From NCBI RefSeq assembly GCF_006345805.1, contig NC_043007.1:38440001-38504000 (forward strand): DNA of 64,000 nt, written 5' to 3'. Positions 40,213-53,650 of this stretch are shown here, in pieces; the stretch's first letter is position 1, and each line of letters starts with the position of its first letter. A program made the translations under genes and the position numbers. Below the pieces are notes generated by a model. That model was not told the DNA's origin and did not search any database. It saw only the letters and a program-made list of their open reading frames with translations. The DNA comes from Octopus sinensis. Its lineage: Eukaryota.

Positions 40213-43200
40213 AATAATGATGCTGATGCTGCTGATGCTGCTGCTGCTGATGATGATGATGATGCTGATAATAATCCATTCATCTCTAATTATTGGCAAA
40301 GATAAAAACTTCTGAAGTACAATATTTGTTTCAATGCATCAATTTCAGATTGAAATTCTTGTCAATATATATACACAGATATATACACAAACTTACATGC
40401 ACACAAACATATGCTCATAAACATGTTAACGTAACAGTGAATTGTCAACAAAATTTTTTTCTTAATGTTTTTATGCAGCTTATGAAGAAAATGTAACCAT
40501 TATTTCCATGGGAGTCATATATCAATGAGGGACTGGCCATCTGCACTTATCTGCCTTTCATAACAGAAATGAGCAGTGGGGAGCAGAGAGTGTAAAAAAC
40601 AAAGTTAATGATTACAAGAAGCATAAAAAGTGATGAAATAATGATGGGAATACAGAAAAGATGTGGTAAGAAGGAAGGGAAACTGAAAACGAATAAGAGA
40701 AGGAGAGATAGGGAATGACAAACGAAAAAAGGGGAGATAATGAGAGAAAAACTAGTTGGAAGGGATAAGAAAACTGATGCAGAATGGGAAGAAAGAGAAA
40801 GAAAAAGTACTGTAATGATACAGTGGGGTGATATTTTAACATAATCAAAAATAATTATTCCTAAATAGAAGAGAGAAAAAGAAGAAATGGGTGCTTGTGT
40901 GAGGAGGACGAGAGAGAGGGTAAAAGAGGATAGACAGAGATTGTATAGGTATAGGATAGTGAAACAGAATTTTGTAGAAGAGACAAGAGACAACTAGTTT
41001 ATACTATACAAAAGTCAACATGTACAATATTAAATTAGTTAAATCTCATAACTAATGACATGAAAATTAAGTTTGTTGTGGAGAGAGAAATAGACAGACA
41101 ATACCTGTTTCAGGTAAGATTCTTTCATTCTCTAGTGTTTGCAAAATATTCTTGCCAGCACAGACTATTCTTAGTTCTCTAGAATCCTAGTGATTAATAT
41201 TATAGTCAATAGTGGTTTCTTTTTTAGCAGACAGTGGCCAATCAATATTTTTAAGAGAGAGTCTTTAAGTAGGAGTACAACATTGTCAGAAAGTCAGTAG
41301 TTCATATCCAGTTACAGGCAATGCGTGACTAAACTGGCCCAGTCCACCTAACTGAAAATGGGTTTAAGAAAAGCTTACTGCTCTAAGCAATAGCAACACT
41401 GTAAAATCAACAAGTGGTTTGATAGCTTGCAATATTCTGTTCATTTCTATGGTAAGTATAGCTCAGCGAAACTGGTATGCTAATTTTCCCAAGACACACT
41501 ACAAGAAGATGAAGTTATCCATGGTGTCACTATGAACTAAGGATTAAGGAACTAGAAAGAGTTAATTCAAATTATTATAGGATATTTATCATTAGTACTA
41601 TAGTGTCAGTAAAGCTACTATAGTATACTTAAGTTGATGTTAAAATTTTCAATAGAGGAAGCAGTAAAGAGCTACCTAAAAGCAATTAGTGATAAAATTA
41701 ATATCAGTCATAGAATTATATTATTTTAAATCTTTTAGCAAGTGTAAGAGATAATTCCAAATATTAACTTGATTAACCAGGGGTGGACTAAGCAGCATTG
41801 ATTGAATATAGGTGTGTACTACTATATTCAACTCATTTGCGTACACTCAAACCTGGATAGTTCTTCACTAAAGAAATTGTCTCAGGAGAGAAATTCTCCT
41901 TTTACACAATATGAAAAACATACAACTGAGTTATGAATGACAGTATTGAACTTCAGGACACATGCTTCTGTGTAGCTATGCTTCATCAAACATAGACACA
42001 GAATCCATTCTTCATAGTGCACCAAGAACTGCCAATTTTACATTTAAACTGCATATAGTAAATTTGCTGATGTGTGCTGGGATTAATTAATGAGAGTGCA
42101 TTAAACAACATTGACTGAAATAGAGGTGTGTATGATTATATTTCTATCTTATCAAACCTTGTCAGCAAAGCTATACTTGTAGTAGGAATGAAGAGAATTA
42201 TTAAATAACTTTACAATAATGCAGGTACAGAAAAATAGAAATGTTCAGGTAATAAATTCCCTCTCAGATGTTCTCTAAATTAAAATACAATAGTTAATAT
42301 AGACATTTTTAATGTAAAGTGCATAAAAAAATCTATGCAACTAAATCTGAACCAGCAAATACTTATAGTCTTTGAAATTGGGATACCATGAACCATTAGA
42401 AAAAATAGCACAAAAGCTTAAAATCTCACAAGGGAAGATAAATAGTTCAATCTCATTTATCTTCTCTTGTAAGAAGTACTCCATATGCTATTTACCCAGG
42501 CTTGTACCCTGGTAGTGCAGACCAGTGTCAACAGTGATAGGAAATATAGATTAAAATTTACGCTTCTACTCCAATTACCATGCCTAAACTATAATCTGAT
42601 AAAATTTAAATGTTTTCATAAAACTATTGCTTCCATGGAAACATAATTATTTCTTTAGTGTCCTTTCACTTCATTAAAAAGAGAGAAAAAAAAGGGGGGA
42701 TTTTTGGCAAGATGATTCTTTCCCTTAACATAGGGAATAATCAATCAACTAAGATATTATTACATCAATAAAGAAAATTTTCGCAAGAACTGTGTATGAA
42801 AACATCTCCAGAAATGGCTGGAATTAACTTTTAAAACTTGAAGAATGTCTACAAGAAAACCATAGTTCTAATTACAAAGAAGGGGAACAGCATTAGTTAT
42901 ATTTACAGGAGACATGAACTGGATTGTTTTGAATAACATTGCAACATGTACATACATGTGTAAATTTCAAATTAAGGTAACTACTATCACTTTCTCTCTC
43001 CATCTCTTATACTACTAATGAACTATGAATAATAATGACCTCATTATATGCCTTCCCTCTACCTACTTCTAAAATGTTGATAATTTAATTTCATATAATG
43101 CAATGTTTAATAAGACCCTCGTTCTTAATGACATCATACTGAAGAAATCCAACTAGATCAAAATAGCAGCTATATACAAAAATTTGAATAAAGAACATTT

Positions 43201-43822
43201 AATCAAATAAATGCATAAAGATAAATTTCATTCACTTCACTAATGGATTCTTGGCAAGAAACAAAACCATGTCCATATATTTATTCTATGGAATTCCAAA
43301 TATCTGACAACAGATGAAACAGTAGAACACCTCATCAAACAATGTTTTTTACCCACACCTATGAACACTTTTTGAAGAACTACCAAAAGTTTGTTAATTT
43401 CTTAACTGAACTGATATCACACTCACACATTTTATATGGCATATGAATCAGTCACTGGTACTTTTCATATGACATATTGAGTAACACTCTGGTAACTAGT
43501 GCACAGAAAGTTTGCTTGAAGTGTATACAAACATCTGTAGTGAAAGACCTGTGCAAATGTGACCAGACTGATAGCCCACCACCACTTTCAGAGGATGTAA
43601 CTACAAAAGAAACACATTCTATATTGCATCATCTTTAACAAAAAATAGCCAGCTGGTTGATAGGCAAAGATTAATTCACCAAATGCATTGCATCCACTAA
43701 CAGGGTGTTGGTCATTTTTGTCACTTTTCTGCTCAATCTGAATAAGCAGGAAGCATAATATTCCTGCTGAAATCCAACACCTATCATCCTTATTGTATTT
43801 CACTCTCCTAACACAATATTAG

Positions 43823-44034
43823 CCCTTTAACGTTTAAACCAGCCATATCTGGGCAAAATATTCTATCTGTTTTATCTTCAGATCAGCCAGATCTGGACTC
43901 TCACACCTACTCTACAATGTCATTTTAAAAGTAAACAATCGCATTACTGAAATCTCAAAGCTATGAGATAGTGCATGACCAATTAAAAACAATGTAAATA
44001 AATACTTTGACAAAATAATCTGAATGCTAAAGGG
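43823..44034. mobile_element. piggyBac-type MITE, second family
   Basis: ttag|cccttta...taaaggg|ttaa ends; a related degraded copy lies at about 48812-49020. Confidence 0.65.
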
Positions 44035-45996
44035 TTAAACACTACCCAATAATGCCCTACATTAAACACTCTGTCCCACCCTGAAATTCAACTGTCTTTA
44101 AATCATTCCATGTCACACATTGCATGCAGACATTTCACCTGAATGTCAACATGGGAGGATCTGTATAGATTGAGTGATATTCTCTCTTCTTAATTACAAT
44201 AACATGTACACAATATTAAATTTCCTTACTTGAATCTTAAATAAACTCTATAACCTTACTCTCGCGTTCTCTCTTATTTGCTTGTACATACCATATATAA
44301 TTACTGGTACATACATGGATACATAGTTGCAAAACTTTTGTGTCCAAATAACAGATCCATGAAGCATCCGTCACTATTATAATTGACCCTTTCCACATTT
44401 ATAAACAAAACACACACATATTACACACTCACAGAAAGGCATACATACATATATTTTGAAGACATGTCTGCGCATGAGTTTAATATTTTTTATTAACAAG
44501 TTTTCATATTTCCATAATTATTGATTCAAACTAAACATAAAGGCCTGATAAAGATATATGGAAAATCTTTAGTAAAAGATTTGATGAAACATGCTTAAAG
44601 AAAATAGTTCTTTATAAATATAGACACAGGCATAACTGTGAAAAAAAGGGTTTGTTTCCCAACTGCGTTGCTCAGGGTTCAATTCCATTGTGTGTCATAT
44701 TGGGCAAATGCCTTCTGTTATAAAACCCTGGGCTGAGCAAAGCCTTTTAAGTAGATTTGGTAGAGAGATATTGAAGGAAGTCTGGCGTGCATGCATGCAT
44801 GTGTAAATGCACCTGTCTCTTTACCTTGACAATGCATGATAGTAGTAAACAAATGTCACCGTCATGCAAGGCTTGATTTCCATTTCAAAACTTCCTTGAA
44901 AACATGTCCGTCTATGGGGAAAATTTACCTTACTTGGAAACAGGTGATGGTTGGTGATGGGAAGGACATCCAGCTGTAGAAAATCCACCTCAGTAAAATT
45001 CTGTCCAACCCATGTGTGCATGGATTAGTGGATATATGAACAATGACGATGATGAAGATGATGATGATGATGATGTGTGTGAGGGGGGAGTGATTCTCTA
45101 TTGGTTTCAGTAATGAGCACAAGGTTGTTCAATCAACTGAATTACCTGCTCAATGTATTACCATGAGTCACTGGGCATTCTCCTAACATAGTTCTCAATC
45201 AGAATCAGCATGACAAGGCTGTACCTTTGAATCACAAGTACAGTCAATCCAATGGGCTTCCATATAGTTTTCTCTACCCAATTTCATTCACAAAGGCTAT
45301 AGAAAATGATGTTTGCATAAGATGCTATGCTGTGGGATTGATCCTGGTTCCTCATGGTTACAAAGCAATCTTTAATCATTCATTCATTTTTACAATTTTT
45401 TTTTTCTAATGTTAGCAATGGGTTACATGAATGTAACATTGTTTTACAGCCTGATGCCCTTCCAATCACTAGCCTGTATCTTTCAAGTAAAGGATCTGTG
45501 CTTTGATAAGCCTTCAAAAGCACAAAGTTGGTAGAACATTTGTTCAGCAGAGAAATGATATCACTGTTTGTAGCTCAGCAAATTTTCAGCGAACACACAC
45601 AAATCCATATACAATGGACTTCTTTCAGTTCCTATCTCCCAAAACCACCGACAAGGATTTGGTTGGCATAGAGCTGAAGAAGGAATCTCCTTACTTAAGG
45701 TAACATGCAGCGAACTTCTTAATGACATAGCTATATCTGCACTTATATAACACACACTATGTATAAATGTATTGCACAGTTACATACACAACTTTTTTCT
45801 TCTTTGGAATGTTAAATCCTGAAGCAGGTAAGCTATAAATAATACCATGTAAACACTGGGTTAAAAACACTTTTGATGAAAAAAGTTGAAACTGCCCTTG
45901 GGTTACAAACTTACACCTGTAAACATGACTTTTTTATAGACAAAGTGATTTTTAACCTGAAATTTACATGCCTTTATTTATAGCTTATCTCCTTAA

Positions 45997-46218
45997 CCCT
46001 TTCGTTACCATATTTATTTTGAGATGCTCTGTGTTTCATTCAATTAATTTTAAATATAACAAAGAATTTAATAAAAGAACTTAGTTATCATTAAGCTAGT
46101 GTTGGGAACATAAATTGTGACTAAGGTTTGGTGGAAGATTTTAATTCAATACTTATGAAAACAAGACATTTGTACTACAGAGCCAGAGGTGATTTTGGCC
46201 GGGTTGGTATCAAAAGGG
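45997..46218. mobile_element. piggyBac-type MITE
   Basis: TTAA on both sides (45993-96 and 46219-22); TIRs ccctttcgttacc / ggtatcaaaaggg. Confidence 0.85.
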
Positions 46219-46688
46219 TTAAAGATCCAATATTCCAAAACAGAATTCATGTCCCCTTAAGTTCATAAATTCTTATGATGTCAATAGCATATACTATTTT
46301 ATTTTATAAAGGAGTGTCTGTAACTTACTGCAAAACAAATGTTGCAAGAGACTGGTTTTTCAGTGTTCTTGCTCCATGTTTACATCTTTCACCAATATAT
46401 ACACCCACAAAAATTACACACACACACACACACACACACGCATATGCAAGCTATGAACCTCCACACAGTTTTTCCAGCAACCAAATTCTACCTACAAAGC
46501 ATTGATTAACTCACACTCATAGCTAAAGTTCTTCGGCCCAATGGGATTAAATTCAGAACCACATGGTTTAGAAAGTGATATTCTTAACCACCTAGTCATG
46601 CTTATATATATATGTTTACATAGACAAACACATACATATTTACATACAGGTACTCTTCCTCTTTCTTACATTCTCTTTCTCTTTCTCT

Positions 46689-46720
<32 letters not shown>

Positions 46721-46905
46721 GATTTACACCTATACACAGCATTATTGAAAGATGAAGATGATAGCAAATATAGTAAAACTTTGAAAGGGACAAAAGAGAG
46801 ACTGACAGAGGGGATAGAGGTAGGGAAAGATAGATAGATAGATAGATAGAGAGGGAGAGAGAGAGGGGGAGAAGGGATGGAGGAAATGGAAACCATTATA
46901 ATTAC

Positions 46906-47002
46906 CACTTTTTTTCGAGATTTATTTAATTCAGCACAACCAATTCCTTCCGTTTCTGCTAAAGATTCCGCAATCGAGCGTATGGCTTGCATCCATTCTT
47001 CC
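46906..47002 (-). CDS. akt: Akt/PKB coding exon, PH C-terminal helix and linker
   Basis: ttttag|G GAA GAA TGG...AAA GTG|gtaatt, 97 nt, phase 2-0. Translates (R)EEWMQAIRSIAESLAETEGIGCAELNKSRKKV. Confidence 0.93.
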
Positions 47003-47299
47003 CTAAAAAGAATTATATACATATAAAAATATAAATACTTTGCAGAAAGATTGAAGTTTGCAAACATAATATAAAATACTCTGTTATACAAAACTAATGG
47101 CATTAAAAACACTTTTATAGAACTAATATTTTGTCATCACTCGTGAAATATTGTTAGAAAACAGAAACCTCATCTAAATAGACCTTTTCACAAAGGGAGC
47201 ATCTTATAATGTACATAAAATCTGGACGACCAAAGATCACCATGAGCAAGTTTTTGCCATTCAGACTTATCATAGTAATGAAGCTGAAGAACACAGAGT

Positions 47300-47790
47300 G
47301 AAGCTACTTGGCACAAACTGACCTTGAACTCTGCTGCACATGTGCACTAAGTTTTAATGTTCTAGCTCACTTCCACTGTTTATGTCAGCGCTTGGAAGGA
47401 AGGTGTGTAGTGTGTGATCGTTGCAATGACCATGACAGAGAAAGCTGAGCAGAGGATCTGCATCAAATTTTGCCAAAAGCCTGGCGATACCTGCCCAGAG
47501 ACTTACACAAAGTTTTCAAAAAGTTTTCATTGTTCTCAACACAATCAAGGACATCTTGTGTAACTGAAACCCAAGTGTCGTTTTGGTCAGTTGAAAGCAG
47601 TTTTGGCACAAACTTGGCAGACACACGTCTCATACCCAAATCTTCAATGATAATGGACTAATCTGCACATCCTCTGTTAACTCATGGATGGAGATTCGAT
47701 GATTTCCTCTCTCAGCTGCACACACATCTGTGATGTTTTTCTCAGTTCTGCTGGCTGTAGGTCTCCCAGAAAGTTTGTCACTATCAAATG
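47300..47790. mobile_element. Mariner transposase remnant with internal inversion
   Basis: Plus strand from 47426: MTMTEKAEQRICIKFCQKPGDTCPETY. Minus strand 47790-47510: DSDKLSGRPTASRTEKNI...IIEDLGMRRVSAKFVPKLLSTDQ...ENNENFLKTL. Confidence 0.85.
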
Positions 47791-50008
47791 CAGAAATATC
47801 AAGTAAATAGGAATTAAAGAATTGACTTTATTCCTTTGTATATGAGGCTTGCATCTACATGCATTTTTTTCTTCTTACTAATAACAAAATTAACACCATC
47901 ATTTGATCTTTAGGTGCTTTTAATACAGCCTTGTTGCAACCAGTTTAGTACAGAACCCCCACCTAGTTTTGTCTCCAACCATGTTTTTCTCACAGACATT
48001 AACTTATAGATGCTGAGGTTAAACAATAGTCACATCTATGACACAACTCTAAAAAGGCCTACAAAAGCCATGGGTACTGCTCCCTTCAGTCTTATTTTAC
48101 AGGCTCATCTTCCCTTTTATATTTTGTATTACGTTTAGGAGATATTTCTATAATTCTTTAACACCAACCCACCATCACTGTCACCGAAAGACTTATCTTG
48201 TACCTAATTAACAGTTGGTTAAGATGGTTGACACCTCACATTTGTTTTGTTTTCATATTCCAGTACAAGAGCAAAAGAAAAGAAAAATCATCTTATTCTA
48301 CATAGCCTAACTATAATCAAAAGATGCGTAAAAGGATTAACATTATTACCAGGAATGCAACTCACCCAAGCAAATTCAAAGATTTAGTTTTCAAAGACTG
48401 CTAGTAATATATCTAAGCTAAATAACTATATAAATTGCTTAATGATGAGTGGGGGGATTAAAAATATAAAAACCTGAGTGCCGGTGACTTTTTCATATTT
48501 GCCCCTTAAAATGTTGTGTGTATATTTAAGAAACTAGATTCAAGCATTCACAGTCACTGATGTTTTAAAACATATATATAAGGGCTAATATAGTATCGTT
48601 TATATGATCACTCTATGTGCTAGAAGCAGCAATGAAATGGCCCTCAAACCACAACTTGTTTTTTTTAAAAAAAGACACTTTGGAAAATAACTAACAACAT
48701 TATATTACAAGCCAAGTAGGAATGCTCTATGTAGCCACCCAACCTGCTAGGAATACCAATCAAATCTCCATCACTGATTATGTCTTGAATCCTAAGCACA
48801 TATTACACACTAATCCATTTGCATTTAGACCAGCCATATTTGGTCCAAATATTCTACCTGTTTTATATTCAAACTGGCCAGATCCAGCCTCTCACACTTG
48901 CCCTATCATATAAAATAAACAACCACGTCCTGAAAAATTTTTATGCAATGAGATGGTGCACGATAAATTCAAAACAAAGTGAATAAATAAGTGTTGCATT
49001 TGATAGAGTAATCTGAATACAATACTAGTGCCAGTGGTGAAATTCAAACTCATTACCAACAAGCAATGAGGTCAATAGTATATCCAGAGACCAAAGCAGT
49101 AGATAGAGTCAATTAATATCATTAACTACAAGAAAATTTCCTGCTCTGTCCAAAAATGTTTGTCAACCTATCAGCTTCCTAGCATTGAGGACTTTACCAG
49201 GAAGTGCTAGTTTTAAACACAGTTGTAAACAAACTCTAAACATGATATTCTGATAATGTTTTCAGCTGTTTACATTCCTATCATCGTTTTGACTGTACTT
49301 CATTTTGACTATACCGTGTCTTTTCTACATACTATAGCTTCGATAACCAAGTTTCTTTGACTATAGATGAATTTGGTTATCTTCTTAAGGATTTCTTCTT
49401 TTATCTAATAGTCAGGAGGAAAGAAAAAAACCTATGACTCTTGAAAGGACATCTGAGACTGATAGAAGAGGGAGGGAGATATCCTCAAACCAAAAATTGG
49501 GCCTAAATACTAAGGGTACACAAGGTAGCAGGTGTTAGACTGGGAGATGTATGCTTTATGATGATAAAGGTATTACAGCCACCACTGCCATCATCATCAT
49601 CAATTTATTTATCTATAACCTCATGAGCCTCTATTGTTACTCAGCTTGCTAGAAATAGCAGCCAACACCATCAAATATCACACAGTTGTTTTATAAAAGG
49701 TAAGACAGATTAGATGAGCTAAAAAAGAAACAACAAAAAAACATCTTTCATGACAATATTGACCAGAAATTCAACCAATAAAAAAATTGACAAGTAAACT
49801 TTTTGAGCCAATGAAGGAATCTGTACAATGTCATGCAATATGCTAGAACAAACAACCAAATCTCCTTCAAATTTTTTCCCATTATCTTAAGAAAAAAAAT
49901 GAAGGATAACACTGGAAAGTAGCTTTGGATACACTATATGTTTATGACTGGAGCCCCTTTCATCTCAGTTCTGCTCAAGGCTGATCTGAAGATCAACAAC
50001 AGCAACTA

Positions 50009-50234
50009 TTGGGTTGGTGCATAATTATTGCGGCTTTTCAACAAATTATATTCAACAAAAACATCTTTAAATGATTATTCCGGAGCATATTCACCATCTA
50101 CTTCAATTACTGCTTCCCATTTGCTTGGGAGACGGTCAGACCGTCATTTAAAGATGTCTTTGTTAAATATTGTTGTTGTTTTTGTTGAATAAAATATATT
50201 GAAAAAAAACCGCAATAATTATGCACCAACCCAA
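50009..50234 (-). mobile_element. Mariner-derived MITE with Hsmar1/cecropia-like TIR
   Basis: Perfect 25-bp TIR ttgggttggtgcataattattgcgg and TA on both sides. Internal minus-strand DRLPSKWEAVIEVDGEYAPE* is a mariner transposase C-terminus. Confidence 0.92.
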
Positions 50235-50573
50235 TATAAGCTAATATATAGATTTGACCTGAGAACTGGGAAAATTTTAAGCTTCACTTACAATATATAT
50301 ATCCTTTATTAAGACAGGGATGTAAGAAATACCAAGAAGAGCTGTTCAAGAGACTGAGACACATTCAAACTGACATATTAATAAATGAAGTTGCAAACCA
50401 ACTATCAGTAAGAGACCTCATCAAACCTGCATGTACCTCATTCACTCTTTCTATACTTCTCACTTAGCCATTTGGTACAGACATCCATCGTTCACTCTCA
50501 CCATTTATCCACCTCTTGACAGTTATTCTCTTCTTCCTATTCTATCCAGTGCTGGTGTCAAATAAAATGCATA

Positions 50574-50912
50574 CTCTCTTTACTCTTTAACTTGTTTCAG
50601 TCATTTGACTGTGGCCATGCTGGAGGACCGCCTTTATTCGAGCAAATCGACCCCAGGACTTATTCTTTGTAAGCCTAGTACTTATTCTATCGGTCTCTTT
50701 TTGCCGAACTGCTAAGTTACGGGGACATGAACACACCAGCATCAGTTGTCAAGCGATGTTGGGAGGACAAACACAGACACACACATATATATACATATAC
50801 ACGACAGGCTTCTTTCAGTTTCTGTCTACCAAATCCACTCACAAGGCTTTGGTCAGCCTGAGGCTATAGTAGAAGACACTTGCCCAAAGTGCCACGCAGT
50901 GGGACTGAACCC
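50574..50912 (-). mobile_element. SINE family A
   Basis: Reverse-complement copy of 22954-23352. Confidence 0.8.
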
Positions 50913-51334
50913 GAATGCAATACATTCTATTAATTGTAGGGGCTTGAGGATCCTTTTGGTCTTCTCAAAGACATAACAACCTCTGTTGTGCAGGTGCCAT
51001 GAAAAAGTGCACCCAGTATGCTCTATAAAGTGGTTGATGTTAGGAAGGGCATCCTGTCATTGAAACCAAGCCCTAAACAAAACTTATGAGCAAGATATTG
51101 TTCCCCAATCCATCTAGGAAACCAGAAATGACTCATTCAGCCCAAGCAAGCATGGAAAGCAGATGTAAAATGATGCCAATGTCAGTTCTCATTTCAGTGA
51201 GAACTCTTAAAGTTCTGGGGTAAAGAAACTTACCACTAAAGGAATGAGTAATGGAGGAATGAGTTTGAAAAAAAAGGTTGGCATCAGCAAAAAGATGTTC
51301 AACTGTGTCAGAAGTACACTTACTCATACATTGT

Positions 51335-51710
51335 TTTATTTTTTTACTTGTTTCAGTCATCTGACTGTGGTTATACTGGACAAATCAACCCCAGGACTTA
51401 TTCTTGTAAGCCTAGTACTTATTCTTTTGTTCTCTTTTGCTGAACTGCTAAGCTACAGGGATGTAAACACACCAACATTAGTTGTCAAGCGATAGTGAGG
51501 GGGGGCAAATACACAAATACACACACACCGATATATATATATATGGACAACGAGCTTCTTTCAGTTTCCATCTACCAAATGCACTTACAAGGCTTTGATC
51601 GGCCTGAGGCTAAAGTAGAAGACACTTGCCCAGGATGCCACGCAATGGAACTGAACACAGAACCATGTGGTTGGGAAGCAAGCTTCTTACCACACAGCCA
51701 TTCCTGCACC
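51335..51710 (-). mobile_element. SINE family A
   Basis: Reverse-complement copy of 22954-23352. Confidence 0.75.
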
Positions 51711-52128
51711 ATACAAATTTTTTTTTTTTTTTGCAAAGCTAGTTTTGTGGCAAATCTAAATACTTATATGGTATTAGAGCTGAAGTTTTTATAGCAGGGT
51801 GGACTTTCTACCTTTAATCATTCAAATGTGATATAATGGAGCTTGTAATGAGCCAATAAAATTACTAAATCGAATGTCAGCTATTTAAATGTGACAAAAT
51901 GGAGTCAACTGTCAAAGAGATACAGCTCAATGTCTTCTACAAGCTATGAACTAATGATTATATAATCAGAAGTTCAATATATTGACTTCACAGCCATCAA
52001 GTAATTTCATGACAGATAATGAAATCACAGAGTTCATATCCTCTTTTTAAGTTTTGGAGTTTAATGGATAGGGACACAAACAGGCAAAAAGTTGCATAAA
52101 TAACATGAATGAAACGATCCAATCTTAC

Positions 52129-52240
52129 CTTTCTTCTGGGCTGTCGACACAGAACATGCGTTCTACGACTGTTGTCCATTGTAGTCCTCTGATAATAAAT
52201 GTATTGGGCCGAGGTTTATCCTGCTTCATCAACTGACATC
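52129..52240 (-). CDS. akt: Akt/PKB coding exon, PH domain central part
   Basis: ttgaag|GA TGT CAG...GAA AG|gtaaga, 112 nt, phase 1-2. Translates [38 protein letters not shown]. This frame is missed by the ORF track. Confidence 0.96.
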
Positions 52241-52599
52241 CTTCAAGAAGAAAAGTTAACAGAAGCAATTAGACAGGATTCTGACATTAAGAAGCCATTT
52301 TATAATAATAATAATAATGATGATAATGATGATGATGACAACAATAACAAGAGCACTCAGAGAGCGCAAAACTCCACCAAGGCAACACCAACATCCTCTC
52401 AACAATTAGCCAGGGATGATTTTTAAAATGAGAATACCTGAAATAAACTCAACTGCTCTCACGAATGAGAATATTAAAAATGAACCCAACTGCTCTGAAA
52501 AATTAAGTGAAAAAACTGGAAAAATAATCCAGAATTCTTGTCTGGTATCTGATCAATCCCAATGGTAGTCATGAAACGTGAAGGTAAGTGTGTGGGCTG

Positions 52600-52830
52600 T
52601 GTTTTTAATGCTGTGAGTCGTTTGCCTGGGAACAGGGACAGTTTTCTCAATGAAGGCCTTTTTTAGTCTATCCACTGATATAGTGTCTTTACAACCATTA
52701 AGGTCTATAGTGAAAAATTTATCCATGCCTGAAAGAAAATGGAAAGGACCTGCATACGGTGCTGTTAATGGAGGCTTAACAACACTGTTGCACACAAAAA
52801 CGGGAGTCCAAGAAGTAAAGCTTCCTTCAT
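52600..52830 (-). mobile_element. Gypsy LTR-retrotransposon integrase C-terminal fragment
   Basis: VKPPLTAPYAGPFHFLSGMDKFFTIDLNGCKDTISVDRLKKAF contains the GPY/F motif and the SxDRLK signature. Confidence 0.75.
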
Positions 52831-53269
52831 GGCAGAGCTAGAAATGCAATTGTCAAGTAGGTAATTTTCAAAAGTAACCATATAATTTTTTTTTTAATTT
52901 GCACTGATAATTTCCCTAAAACATTCAAGAAACTTCACCAATGAAAGATATTTTGTGTTCACAAGCAATTTGAAAGCATGGCCACAGACATGAAATGCAT
53001 GGTTAAGAAATTTGCTTCATAAGTGCCTGGTATTGCATTCAATGGGACCTTGGACAGTTGTCTTCTAAAATAGCTTCATATACACCAAAGCCTTGTGAGT
53101 GAAATTGGGAGATGGAAAGTGAGTAGAAACCTGTAAGAACTGTTCTTACAGGCAGTGTAGAACACACAACTTTGTAGCTGATGCACAGGAATAGTTGTAG
53201 CAAGACCATTCACAAAATAAATTCTTTCTAAAGTTTTCTAGAAGTAGTTAACAGCTTCTTTTACTGAGG

Positions 53270-53650
53270 TAACCTAAAGAATGGAAGATGTGTAAAGGCT
53301 GCATCGAAATGAGGAAGTAGGAGGCTCCATTGGATGCGTAGTATCAGTCCACATGAATGATGAACGCACAAATAAGCTGAAAGATAACCTGAGTACCCAA
53401 GGAATTAGCTGTAGTGTGCGAGGGGCAAGACCAAGCTTGTACAGACATGGGCACTGTAAAACACATGGAAGTTAAAAAGTGGCAAATGATCCAATTAGAA
53501 GAAACCTATGGAAAAGGAAGACCAATTAAAACATAGGAAAAAATGAGAAAGCTAATCTCAGGTGGCTGGACCTCACAAAAGAGATGACAAAAAAAAGTGA
53601 TTAGTGGGGTAATGTACTGGAAAGATTCTGTCAAATGCATGCAAGCAAGG
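53270..53650 (+). mobile_element. RTE-like LINE 3' remnant
   Basis: Decayed RLxRNE...LxWM and GKGRPIKT(W) motifs followed by LTKEMT. Confidence 0.6.

Larger units (their letters stand above)
7402..46905 (-). other. 39.5-kb phase-0 intron of Akt between linker and kinase domain
   Basis: Flanked by the exons ending KKV and starting SLDDF, with GT...AG ends. The other introns in the window are 0.9-9.9 kb. Confidence 0.9.

Noticed and set aside
40540-40990. Very long pyrimidine-rich tract on the Akt strand ending near aagGCAG-ataagt (donor creatable by A-to-I editing)
   Set aside because: The resulting unit would be 4 nt and frame-shifting, and the nearby acceptors read into stops; too speculative.
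42360-43470. Possible L1/Tx1 LINE 3' remnant (DETVEHLIKQC)
   Set aside because: A single short motif in heavily decayed sequence is insufficient for a call.
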